A stretch of 64,000 bases of DNA from Octopus sinensis (Eukaryota), in contig NC_043004.1 of the NCBI RefSeq assembly GCF_006345805.1, positions 54,870,001-54,934,000 on the forward strand. The letters run 5' to 3'. The position numbers and the translations under genes were made by a program. Below the pieces are notes generated by a model. The model saw nothing but the letters and a program-made list of their open reading frames with translations, was not told where the DNA came from and searched no databases. Each line of letters opens with the position of its first letter. The stretch's first letter is position 1. Shown here piece by piece: positions 52,390 to 64,000 of the stretch.

Positions 52390-52598
52390 GAGTTTAAAGG
52401 GATATATTATCTTGGTGGTTATGGTGTTTCTTTTTAAGTCGATATCACAATGGTCCTTTTGTGGTACCCGAGCTAACAATAAGTTACTAGGCTCTGATAA
52501 TTGCAGTTGAGACACATGTAGGTCCTGTAAAGATGCTATAAATAACTTTTAAATAAAATTATGGATGTCAAAAATCTCCATTCTCTTTATCTTATTAA

Positions 52599-52639
<41 letters not shown>

Positions 52640-52723
52640 TATAGATAAATATACATAGATATACACACACATACAAACACACAGACATATACACGTGCAC
52701 ACACACACATATACTCTCTCTCC

Positions 52724-52758
<35 letters not shown>

Positions 52759-52768
52759 TATATATATA

Positions 52769-53614
52769 CAGGATGCAGTGAATAAACTGTCATCTAAGTT
52801 GTGCAAAAATGAAAATAACACTGTCATCTCATTTTAACAGATATATTTACCAAAATTACTTAGAAATATCTTGAAATACCAAAGAGTAAACCTATTCAAT
52901 AAAATCGCCATTGGCTTCAACCACAGCCTCCAGATGACTTTGGAATCTCCTGCAATTCTTTTTGACAGTCTCCTTGTTTAAGTTGGTGAATGCTACCATA
53001 ATCCTTGCCCTCAGTTCATCTTTTAGTGTTGCGAGTTTTGTTGGTCTCTCGTTCAACTGTGCTTCACACATAATAATCAAGGGGGTTGCAGTCTGGGGAG
53101 TTAGGTGGCCAGATATTAGGGGTGATGTGGTCGCAGAAATTGTCTGACAGTCATGACTGTGTTCTCTTGCTTGCATGGCATGGTGCAGAGTCCTGTTGCC
53201 AGACATAGGGTCTTCCAGGAGCCACCATCTTGACCCAGGGCAGCACTACTTTCTCTAGGCACTTGATGTAGGCCTCTGTGTTGAATCTGAGGCTATGTGG
53301 GTAGATGAATGGAAGCATAACGTCGCCATCACTAGTGATCACTCTAAACACCATGATGTTGACTGGATGTTTGATTTTTATCACTCTCCGTACATGTCCT
53401 TAGATTGACACCCAAATACACTGAAATGTTCATATTAGAGCTTTCGGCATGTCATTTCCGAATTTCTGGCAGAGTGAATTGTGTCATGGTGCTGTTTTTC
53501 TCACAGACTGTGCCTGACTGACCCTACTATACTGTGTAGTTAACAAAATCCAAAACAATGTGCATGCACAAAATTAAAATTATAAAATGGCAACAATTTA
53601 CCCAAGGCATCCTG
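52769..53614 (-). mobile_element. Internally deleted DD37D (maT) element with termini
   Basis: TA|caggatgc ... gcatcctg|TA; KHPVNIMVFRVITSDG, YVWQQDSAPCH...IWPPNSPDCNPLDY with 37 residues between the last two Asp. Confidence 0.88.
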
Positions 53615-54149
53615 TATGTATATATATGTATGTGTGTATACATATATATATGTATGTATGTATATGTAAGTATATATATATATGTGTTTGTGTGTACATA
53701 CATGTCTTTTATCTTTTGACTTTTACTTGTTTCAGTCATTATAACATGGCCCTGCCTTGATGAATTTTTAGTCAACTGAATCGACCCCACTACTTGTTTT
53801 TTTTTCTTTTTCTTTAAGCCTATTATTTATTCTATTGGTCTCTTTGCTGAACCACCAAGTTACAGGGATGTAAACACACCAGCACCAGTTGTCAAGCGGT
53901 GGTGGGGAACAAATACTGACACAAAGACACACATACACAAAGATACACACACACATATACACAACGAGCTTCTTTCAGTTTCCTTCTACCAGATCCACTC
54001 AAATCTCTGGTTGGCCCGAGGCTATAAAAGTTGAAGACCCTTGTCCAAAGAGCCTCGCAGCTTGAGCCATGTGATTGGGAAACAAGCTTCTTACCACACA
54101 GCCATGCTTGCACCTATATATATATATGTATGTGTATGTGTGTATAAAG

Positions 54150-54227
<78 letters not shown>

Positions 54228-54270
54228 CAAAAGAGGGAGTGGTGTTTCCACACAGGAAAAAAATATATAG

Positions 54271-55025
54271 GAAAATGTGTTTCTGAAAATACACTTAAAT
54301 TTCAAAAACTTGTAAATGTTTAAAATACATTTATTTACATATGTACCAAACTAGTTTCAACAATATTTTTTGTTTATCAATGGTATCATTACATGCGGAA
54401 CCGACTGTTTAAAGATCTGAGAAACCATAATTTCCCCCTTTTTTACTATTTCAATTCTCAGTTTTTTTTCAGTATGACTTGTTGACCACCACTGAAATTA
54501 ATGAACCTTGTACATTCTAACAAATTAATATACAGTTTTAATTTCAAACTTACACCTTCTGTTTTGAACATGATAATTTATCAACATTGAAACATTTTAA
54601 TTTAATTTTGATTTGTCAAAATTTCAATGTTGATATGATTGCACGTTGATATGATTGCAGTCATCCATCTTCCTGAGCCAGGCCGCATCTTCCACCATGA
54701 CACCTCCCACTTCCAAGACAACCCCTATTGCGATGCTACTGGCGTCACACCATACGATCCCGCTCTTTGATTTGTGAACATACCAGCTGCCCCTCACTGG
54801 GTCCTCTGCTCCTACTCTGACCAAGACTTCCTGCATCATGTCGAATGTCCTCTCCCCCACTTTATCATTCCACTTCACTTGTAACAATGTTTTTTCTAAT
54901 TTTACACTTTTACCATTGATAAACAAAAAATATTGTTGAAACTAGTTTGGTACATATGTAAATAAATGTATTTTAAACATATACGAGTTTTTGAAATTTA
55001 AGTGCATTTTCAGCAACACATTTTC
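54271..55025. other. 115-bp inverted repeats enclosing a 238-bp copy of the LTR element's RNase H region
   Basis: 54271-54385 versus reverse complement of 54911-55025 (4 mismatches); 54642-54879 reads identical to 57263-57500. Confidence 0.9.
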
Positions 55026-55037
55026 ATATGTATATAT

Positions 55038-55440
55038 GAGAGTGGCTGTGTGGTAAGTAGCTTGCTAACCAACCACATGGTTCCGGGTTCAGTCCCACTG
55101 CGTGGCATCTTGGGCAAGTGTCTTCTGCTATAGCCCCGGGCCGACCAATGCCTTGTGAGTGGATTTGGTAGACGGAAACTGAAAAGAAGCCCGTTGTATA
55201 TATGTATATATATATGTATGTATGTGTGTGTTTGTGTCTGTCTTTGTCCCCCCAACATCACTTAACAACCGATGCTGGTGTGTTTATGTCCCCGTTACTT
55301 AGCAGTTCGGCAAAAGAGACCGATAGAATAAGTACTGGGGTTACAAAAAGAATAAGTCCCGAGGTCGAGTTGCTCGATTAAAGGCAGTGCTCCAGCATGG
55401 CCACAGTCAAATGACTGAAACGAGTAAAAGAGTAAGAGTA
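55038..55440 (+). mobile_element. Family-A SINE, full length
   Basis: gagagtggctgtgtggtaagtagc...gggttcagtccc ... gagtaaaagagtaagagta tail. Confidence 0.88.
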
Positions 55441-55454
55441 TATATATAAATCAT

Positions 55455-55645
55455 CATCATTATCATTTAATGTCCATTGCACATGGCACATCCAGCAAAG
55501 CATACTGGCTTCATTTCTTTCAAGCCTACACTTGTCCTTGTTTCACTGCCATGCAGCATAGCTGTTCACACAGGTATCAAACAATCTGCCTTTCAGTCTG
55601 AGAGAGAGGCCGTTTGTTGCCAGCAGGGGTAGGAGCTCTCTGAGC
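55455..55645 (-). mobile_element. RTE LINE, downstream part split off by the LTR insertion
   Basis: RELLPLLATNGLSLRLKGRLFDTCV continues LGWTKF from 59803-59830. Confidence 0.85.
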
Positions 55646-55899
55646 TGTAGTGTGAATGGTGAAAAGAGTACAACAGAAAACGGGAGAATGGAAAATGTAA
55701 TTGGGTCTTACCTCGTCGGAGATGAACTTGGATCGCTTTTAGCCGACTCGCTCGTCTGGTGCCTTCGTCATGTCTGTCGCAACTCATCAATGTCGCACAT
55801 GCGTTCTGCCTGTCACTTTCGCTTCCGCCAGCGCATGCGCCCTGCAAGCCCCACTTCCGCTCTCCCCCATCCGTCACACTCCTTCACCATCACACCACA
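55646..55899 (-). repeat. 3' LTR
   Basis: TG...CA ends; direct repeat of 59549-59802; preceded on minus by the purine tract agatcaggggggca (PPT, about 55900-55913). Confidence 0.95.
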
Positions 55900-55935
55900 T
55901 GCCCCCCTGATCTATAGATCACTGAACCGGCTTCC

Positions 55936-58830
55936 TCACTCGCTCCCGCACCTGAAACTGGTTTCATAATCAGCCAACCAGGGAGGAGGGTGCCACTCCC
56001 TCTGTGGTCGCAGTGCGACCCTAGGACTTGTTCCTGGTGTGTTGCTGCCGACCTCGTCATCCTGTCTGTTGTTTTCGTCTTGCCCACTGCTGCTTGTCCC
56101 ATCCTCTGGGGCATGGGCAATCCTCCGTATGTCCAAAACGTGGCGTGGCATACCATCGACCGAGATGTTATTCTTTGAATTTACGGAGGTTATTGTCCCC
56201 TTTCCCCATTGCGATATACACCGTGCGTTTGGGGGTTTTACCCAGACTTCCTCCCCGACCTGCACGAAGGCGTGCTCTTCCTCTGCCCCGGGTCGCATTG
56301 ATGTAGTACACGGATGCCTCCACTCGTACCTGAATATTGCCCTGTGTGGCACCGACTCCTCAGCCTGTCCTGATCTGGGCGACATATTGTACCAAAACAC
56401 GGCCTCGACTGGTGAAATGTGACCCCTCTCTGCCATGGCCTTGATGGTACGATGATGCCTTTCCACCACCCCGTTTCCACTTGGCCGGTATGCCGCCCTG
56501 AAGAAGTGGTTGACCTTCCACTCATCAAGCATTTCTCTCAGCACATCCGAGCGAAATGCAGTGCCGTTGTCCAGAAGCAGTTCATCCACGGGGCCTCGTT
56601 CCAGGAATATCTCATTCAACACTTTCACAATTTCTTCTGCGGTTCTCAACTTCATCTTCCTCCATATGGCGAACCGCCCCGGTCCGCAGTCAACCATTGA
56701 GAGGTATGTCCCCTGCCGGTAGTGTGTTATGTCCACCGCCAGTCGTCTCCAGTCCTGGTCCACTGGAATACTTCCCGCTTCATGCACGACCGGAGCAGGG
56801 TCGATGGACTGGCACCTGTCACAACTGCTAACCACTCTCTGCACGCTCTGTCTTGTTACGTCGGAGTCAACTTTTCTGGCTAGGAACAATGTCCTGTCCA
56901 CACCCATGTGATGCATGGTGTGCAGTCTCCGTAACTCCGAGTCGCTCAGACGGCATACTGCAGCTACATCCTGCTTCGCATCCTCTGGCACCTGCAACCA
57001 GGCTCGCTTTACCCTGGTCAGGATGTCTGCTCTGTTCTTCTCGGAAGGCACAAAGATCACGCTCACCTTCAGATTGAACTCAGTGGTTAGTTCACGCAGT
57101 ATTCCTAATCTCTGCAGCCCCTTTGGTCCGCACCCTCCGCTCATCGGTGATGACTGCTGTCGCCCAACCAAGTACAGTGGCCGAATCAGTCCTGATTTCT
57201 ATGGTGTGCAACCCCCACTTCAAGGCTAGGTTCACCCCCTTCAGCACGGCATCCAACTCTGCCACGTTGATATGATTGCAGTCATCCATCTTCCTGAGCC
57301 AGGCCGCATCTTCCACCATGACACCTCCCACTTCCAAGACAACCCCTATTGCGATGCTACTGGCGTCACACCATACGATCCCGCTCTTTGATTTGTGAAC
57401 ATACCAGCTGCCCCTCACTGGGTCCTCTGCTCCTACTCTGACCAAGACTTCCTGCATCATGTCGAATGTCCTCTCCCCCACTTTATCATTCCACTTCACT
57501 CCTTCGGCTCGTCTCTTGATGAAGCTACATGCTGTCCGGAGCCAGCCTGCAATCGGGTAGTGTCCCACCAGCTTCTCACACACAGAGAACAGTTCCCGTC
57601 TACTCATGCTGGCGCCCAGTTCAGGGACCTCATTCCCTCGCCGGAACACCAAGGCGCCGGCTTGTCTCTCCATAGCTTGAGGCCCAGTGCAGCACCTCCC
57701 TCCATAGCCTCTGGCGGCTTGGCGATCAGTCCAAAACTCTTCAGGTGGCCTATGACCTCCGTTGCTGGTATCACGGTTTCATCCACCAGAATGTCGTCGA
57801 TGTATGAATTGGTGGCCCTTTTTACTCTGTCCACCTTCCCCAGGATGGCCTTGAGAATTGTTGCCATAATCTTCGGCGCTGAATTCAGCCCGAATCCCAA
57901 CCTGGTCAGACAGTACGTCCGGCCCCTATACCTGACGAGCTGGTACTTCCATAGTTTCTCAGCCACATGCACCTGTAGGTATGCCGACTTTAAATCGACA
58001 ATCGTGGAGGCCCCCATCATCTGCCTCCACTCTCGCAAGGTGTCTCCGCAGACATCCGTGACCTCGCCGCCTGTATGACATGACACGTGGTCATTCAGCT
58101 CTTGGAAGTCAAGCACTGGCCTGACCTTACGCTTTGTGAGCTGTATCACCGCCATCAGTGGCAGGACTCCGCTCTCTTCTTTTTCCCAGGGGATCAGTAT
58201 GCCCTCCTTAATCCACCGCTCCACCTCCCCCTCGAACTCATTTCTGGCATCTCCTTTTAGAGTATGCTGATAGCAGCCCACTTTATTCTTTAACATCGGG
58301 GGCTCTCCCTTCCAGTGCCACTCCACTGTCCACCTCTTGCCATCAAAGACAGCCCGAAAATCCTGGTCTTCAATGGTGTGCGCCGCATCCTTTTCCTCAC
58401 GGTTGTCGTCGGTGCACGGTCTCGCCCTACACGGTTTCCCCGCTAACCCAAACATTACGCCAGCCTCGTTGACGGTGACACCTCCCAAGCGGGTGATTGC
58501 ATCCATCCCCATCACCACGTCAATCTCGTCCACCAAGTGACCAATCACAATTGCTCGCAACGTCAGCTGTAGTCCCTGCACCACAATCTGCGCATCCGTA
58601 ACCCCTTCGCAGTGCACTTCTCTTCCGTTGATTGCCCTAACACTGCTTCCTCCACTCCACGTCTCTGCCACTTCCGTAGTCATCAGGGTTGTTGTACAGC
58701 CCATGTCCACCAGGGCTCGCGACATCTTCCCCTTCACCAGAATGTCGACCACAGGTAGCGATGATAAACGCGCTGCTACTAATCCAAAGGGACGACTACC
58801 GGCGCAGTAGTCTCCCACAGTCCGTTTCCC
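55936..58830 (-). pseudogene. pol: pol (protease, RT, RNase H, integrase); two frameshifts
   Basis: ALVDMGCTT (decayed DTG), VRPVLDF, VDLKSAYLQ, RLGFGLNSAP, YIDD; WCDASS..HINVAELDAV..TDS; HH.G..C..C zinc finger, VDITH, LDNGTAF, NGVVERHHRTIK. Confidence 0.92.
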
Positions 58831-59496
58831 CGCAGACACTCGCTGGCTACATGCCCTGGCTCTCGACACCGGTAGCAAATCACCTCAGGCTTGGGCAACG
58901 CGCAGTCCTTTGAACGGTCGCACATGTTCTTTCCTCAGCCCCTCTCCGCTGCTCCTAGCTGGGTCACTTTTCGACGTTACAGTCGCTGCCACCGACGTCA
59001 ACCTGCTGCACGAAACCAGTACACATGCCCGCGATATGATATCGGCCATCGGCATCGAACGCACATTCGGGAGCTTCTGTAGCTCGACCGACATGATGTC
59101 GGGAAAGCCGGTCACGAACACTAACCTAACCGTCCGTTCTAGCGACTCTCCCTCATAGCCCGCCAATTTAGCCAGTCTTCTAAGCTCATTGGCAAACACA
59201 TCCACCTGTTGCCCAGTCCATCTCATTCTCCCCAATCGAACGTACGCCTCAAACATTCCTTCCGCAAAGGCCTCCATCAGTCGGATTTCTACTTTATCTG
59301 CGCAAAGTTGGTCCGTCTCCTCCATCTCTAAATATAACGCCAACGCCGGGCCATCCAAATACAACGGCATGAAACTCGCTAGGTCAGCTATACCGTGGAG
59401 CTTCGCCACCAACTTCACTCTCTTCAACCAAGCGACAACATCAGTGTCGCCGCAAAACGGTGTTATAGGCTCGCGTGAAACCAGAGCACTCTGCAT
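58790..59496 (-). pseudogene. gag: gag, with a frameshifting deletion before the last zinc knuckle
   Basis: ORF 58885-59496 (PFCGDTDVVAWLKRVKLVAKL...PLYLDGPALALY); CYRCREPGHVASEC lies in the adjacent frame at 58836-58877. Confidence 0.8.
58824..58830 (-). promoter_or_regulatory. Putative -1 ribosomal frameshift site G GGA AAC
   Basis: X XXY YYZ heptamer directly after the CCHC knuckle in the gag frame; the pol frame is -1 and open across it. Confidence 0.65.
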
Positions 59497-59536
59497 AATT
59501 TTCTATTTTTATTTTTACGAAGCCGAGTGTGTATTT

Positions 59537-59548
59537 GCCGAAATAGCT
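59537..59548 (-). promoter_or_regulatory. Candidate primer-binding site complementary to nt 1-12 of tRNA-Phe
   Basis: Minus strand AGCTATTTCGGC immediately follows the 5' LTR; plus strand GCCGAAATAGCT equals the 5' end of metazoan cytosolic tRNA-Phe(GAA) as I recall it; no TGG-type PBS present. Confidence 0.75.
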
Positions 59549-59802
59549 TGTTGTGTGAATGGTGAAAAGAGTACAACAGAAAACGGGAGAATGGAAAATG
59601 TAATTGGGTCTTACCTCGTCAGAGATGAACTTGGATCGCTTTTAGCCAACTCGCTCGTCTGGTGCCTTCGTCGTGTCTGTCGCAACTCGTCAATGCCGCA
59701 CGTGCGTTCTACTTGTCACTTCCGCTTCCGCCGGCGCATGCGCCCTGCAAGCCCCACTTCCGCTCTCCCCCATCCGTCACACTCCTTCACCATCACACCA
59801 CA
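59549..59802 (-). repeat. 5' LTR
   Basis: TG...CA ends; direct repeat of 55646-55899. Confidence 0.95.
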
Positions 59803-60565
59803 TGAACTTTGTCCAGCCTAATCTTATTCTCATCGCTATGCACTCGGAGTATCCACCTCCACTACTAACTTGGTCACCTAGATAATGGAAGCTATCTACT
59901 ACCTCTAGCTTGATCCCCTGGCAGTTGATGGAGTCTATTCTGTGCATTTTGTACCTGTGCACCTTCTACATACAAAAGTTAGTTTCCCTGTTAACCTTCC
60001 TCTGATGTTGCTGCACCTTTAATGTGTCCAAAGCTTACACTAGGTGCATCTTCTGGAGTTTCTAACTTGACCTTTTCTACAGATTGAACAGGGTGATCTA
60101 CCTGAAGGGATTTTTGATATGTCTGCCTTCCTACTTACTATGACTTTGGTTTTTGCTATGTTAACTCTAAGGCCCTTTGATTCTATACCTTACTCCCATA
60201 CCTGGAACTTCTTTAGTTCAGGTAGTAAGTGATTTAGCTATAAGAGTAAGGTCATCAGCATAGAGGAGCTTCGTCCAAAAGGCCCATTGAAATCCCTGGC
60301 CATGAAGATGAGATCATTGTCACTCGTCTTTGAGGTAGCCTGCAGAAGAATATCATATAAATGGTCCTTCTCTTCATTTGGCAGGCTCGCTTGTGGAGAT
60401 AGGCAGATGTAATTGTAGCTATACTATTCTGCATGAGTAGCCTGAGCTTAAGAACTCTATTGCACCCTTTGACTACCTCTATGACCTTATCCACCCATTT
60501 CTCTGCAAGAAGTATGCCCACCCCACCTACTCCATCACTGTTACCTTCCCAGAAGATTTTATACA
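59803..60565 (-). mobile_element. Internally deleted RTE LINE (APE fragment fused to RT C-terminus)
   Basis: GNSDGVGGVGILLAEKWVDKVIEV (APE) joined to ELLYADDL...GLRVNIAKTKV...PCSICRKG...VVDSFHYLGDQVSSGGG. Confidence 0.85.
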
Positions 60566-61036
60566 TCAACATGCCTCCATATATATAAAGAGAGAGAGAG
60601 AAAGAAATATGACAGGCTTCTTTGAGTTTCCATCTACTAAATTCACTCACAAGACTTTAGTTGGTCTGGGGCTATTTAGACAGACATCTCAAAAGTAAAT
60701 ATATACCACACATTATATTGTTTTGTCTGTGTAGATTCTACTCATTAGTATGATGCCCAGATGGGTAAAATCATTAAAAACTGCACAGGGTATGTCCACT
60801 AAATACTAGACTGAGTATTGAAATGCATCAAATGACATTATTTTGTTTATAGAAATAAATCTTTCAAAAATGATGGTAGGCGTGGCTGTATGATAAGAAA
60901 CTTGCTTCCCAACCACATGATTCCAGATTCAGTCCCACTGCATGGCACCTTAGGCAAGTGTCTTCTACTATAGCCTTGATCTGACCAAAGCTTTGTGGGT
61001 GGATTTGGTTGACAGAAACTGAAAGAAACCCATTGT

Positions 61037-61068
<32 letters not shown>

Positions 61069-62234
61069 ATATATATATATATATATGTGTGTGTGTATGT
61101 ATGTATGTGTGTCTTTGTGTCTGTTTTTGTCTCCCCATCACCCACTTAACAACTGGTGCCGGTGTGTTTACGTCCCCCATAACTTAGTGATTTGGCAAAA
61201 GAGAGTGATAAAATAGGTACTAGGCTTAAGATATAAGTCCTCAAGTCGTTTTATTCAACTTAAAGACCTTCAAGGGTGTGCTCCAGCATAGCCACAGTCA
61301 AATAACTGAAACAAGTAAAAGAATAAAAGAATTTATTTACTTTTGACATGTCAGTGTTGAAGACACTTGCCCAGAGTACAATGCAGTGGGAATGAACCTG
61401 AAATCATGTGATTAGGAAGCAGGAGTTATTTATGAATGAATTATATGGTAGTATGAAAGATCATATGCTGTTATGATGCATCATATGATGGTGTGAGTGA
61501 TCATATGATAATAGTATGAGAGCATCATAAGATGGTTGTCTCTTATCATTTGAATGTAATCCTGGTAAACACTCACATGGCTTTGTGATGTCATCTATCA
61601 GATTCAATACCGACATCACTATCACTGTCACCACGACAACCCCATCACCATCATAATCATCATTATCATTACCATCGCTATCATCATCAACACAACAATT
61701 GTCATTATCACCCTCCTTTGTTTATGCACTAACAAAGGTAATGTGCACTAAATTATTCTACTCCGACATCACATAAATGATGATGTGATTATATATACAC
61801 ATATATATATATATATATATATACTCTTTTACTTGTTTCAGTCATTTGACTGTGGCCATGCTGGAGCGCCACCTTTAGTCGAGCAACTCGACCCCAGGAC
61901 TTATTCTTTGTAAACCTAGTACTTATTCTATCAGTCTCTTTTACCAAACCGCTAAGTTACGGAGATGTAAACACACTAGCATCAGTTGTCGAGCAATGTT
62001 GGGGGGACAAACACAAACACACAAACATATGCACACACACACACATATATATACGACGGGCTTCTTTCAGTTTCCATCTACCAAATCCACTCACAAGGCT
62101 TTGGTTGGCCCGAGGCTATAGTAGAAGACACTTGCCCTAGGTGCCACGCAGTGGGACTGAACCCGAAACCATGTGGTTGGTAAGCAAGCTACTTACAACA
62201 CAGCCATTCCTATGCCTATCTATTTATCTCTCTC

Positions 62235-62279
<45 letters not shown>

Positions 62280-63179
62280 TTTTACTTGTTTCTGTCATTT
62301 GACTGCAGCCATGCTGGAGCACTGTCTTGAAGGGTTTTTTGTCGAACAAATCGACCCCAGGGCTTATGTTTTTTTAAAATTCGTACTTTTTCTGTCTGAC
62401 TCTTTTGCCAAACCATTAAGTTCTGGGGACACTTGCATGCCAACACCGGTTGTCATGTGGTGATGTGGGGAGAAGCACAGACACAAAGACACATATACAA
62501 TGGGCTTCCTTCAGTTTCCGTATACACACACACACACATATATTTGATAGACTACTTCGAATTTCTATCAACCAAATCCAATCACAAGGCTTTGGTCAGC
62601 CCAAGGCTATAGTAAAATACACTTGTCCAAGGTGTCATACAGTGAGACTGAACCTGGAACTATGCGGTTGGAAAGCAAGCTACATTCCACACAGCCACAC
62701 TTGTGCCTATATGTATGTATGTATATTAAAGTAATGATTTGAATAAGGAAAGAAGTCAGATTGACATTTGATTCTGTAAACAGATGATATCATGTGTTCC
62801 ATATCTCATACAATATCATGTAACTTATATAACGTTGAGCAATCCATACAGTCTTATGTAATGCATGCCATAATATATGGAAATTTGTTATAATATTCCT
62901 TTAGACTTTTCACTGCTTCAGATATCATGATTTGAAGGCATGATTGATCTAATCCTTTCCTCATCTAAATTATTATTTTTGTTATTCACTCTGCAGTGCT
63001 TATATTAAGCCCAATGAATCTTACTTTGGAGCTGTGTAGTGCTCCCTTTAGTATCAGTTGAAGTCTTACAAATCTCATTTTGATTTTGGAATACTATGCT
63101 AGCCACAATCCTGCATATGTGCTAATAAGGCAGGCATGTAATTATCCCCTCAGTCTATCTATCTGTCTTTATATCTAAC

Positions 63180-64000
63180 AATCATCATCATCATCATCGT
63201 TTAATGTCCACTTTCCATGCTAGCATGGGTTGGACGGTTCAACTGGGGTTTGGCAAGCCCGAAGGCTGCACCAGGGCAGTGTTTCTACAGCTGGATGCCC
63301 TTCCTAACGCCAACCACTCCGAGAGTGTAGTGGGTGATTTTATGTGCCACCGACACAGGTGCCAGACGAGGCTGGCAGACGGCCATGCTCGGATGGTGTT
63401 TTTTATGTGCCACCGACAGGTGCCAGACGAGGCTGGCGAACGGCCACGATCGGATGGTGTTTGTTACGTGCCCACAGCACAGAGGCCAGTCGATGCGGTA
63501 CTGGCTACGGTCACATTCGGATGGTTTTCTTATGTGCCACCGGCACCACAAGAATACAAATTCCATTGATGTTCATCTATTTTGATTTGGTTTGATTTGA
63601 TTTGATTTTTTTTTTTTTTATTTGATTTTCACTTGCCTCAACAGGTCTTCACAAGTGTCACAAGAAGGAAGGTATGCACAGGTGGACTGACTACGTCCCA
63701 GGTAGGGGCCACGGGTTATGGCTTCACTAGTCTTGCCGGGTCTTCTCACGCACAGCATACTTCCATAGGTCTCGGTCTCTAGTCATTTCCATGGTGAGGC
63801 CTAACGTTCGAAGGTCGTGCTTCACCACCTCGTCCCAGGTTTTCCTGGGTCTACCTCTTCCACGGGTTCCCTCAACTGCTAGGGATTGGCACTTTCTCAC
63901 ACACCTATCTTCATCCATTCTCGCCACATGACCATACCAGCGCAAACGTCTCTCTTGCACACCACAACTGATGCTTCTTAGGTACAACATTTCTCTCAAG
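63180..64000 (-). mobile_element. RTE LINE 3' end with 3' UTR and (GAT)n tail; continues beyond window
   Basis: RRLRWYGHVARMDEDRCVRK...GRGRPRKTWDEVV...; 3' region has about 57-bp tandem units and ends in a (GAT)n tail near 63180-63198. Confidence 0.85.

Larger units (their letters stand above)
55646..59802 (-). mobile_element. Compact Ty3/Gypsy-type LTR retrotransposon (4157 bp), lightly disrupted
   Basis: Two 254-bp TG...CA LTRs (11 differences by my count), order gag-PR-RT-RH-IN, 5-bp TSD tgagc/tgaac (one mismatch). Confidence 0.95.

Noticed and set aside
59500-59802. Tf1-type self-priming for the LTR element
   Set aside because: I found no GCCGAAATAGCT-like sequence on the sense strand of the LTR that could pair with the PBS.

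Overview
Repeat-saturated, AT-rich animal genomic DNA. The SINE, microsatellite and transposon repertoire looks like a coleoid cephalopod, probably Octopus (inference from recognition, not a search). I found no supportable host protein-coding exon, rRNA, tRNA gene or CRISPR array; most ORFs in the track are microsatellite read-throughs. The window holds a full-length but disrupted Tx1/L1-clade LINE (about 13311-19330, minus) and two 3' stubs of a related subfamily, all inside (TAGA)n arrays. It also holds a compact 4.16-kb Ty3/Gypsy-type LTR retrotransposon (55646-59802, minus) nested in an RTE LINE, several mariner (DD34D) and DD37D/maT relics, a decayed hAT transposase, CR1, RTE and Penelope fragments, several MITE families, at least four tRNA-derived SINE families, and a 100-N gap (49048-49147). 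The most striking observation is that the LTR element has no canonical TGG primer-binding site. The 12 nt abutting its 5' LTR are instead the exact complement of the 5' end of metazoan tRNA-Phe (GCCGAAATAGCT), suggesting priming by a cleaved 5' tRNA fragment. Other highlights are apparent (TCTA)n targeting by the Tx1 family, hammerhead-ribozyme motifs including two at the centre of fold-back mini-elements, and a perfect 238-bp copy of the LTR element's RNase H region sitting between inverted repeats 2.6 kb away.
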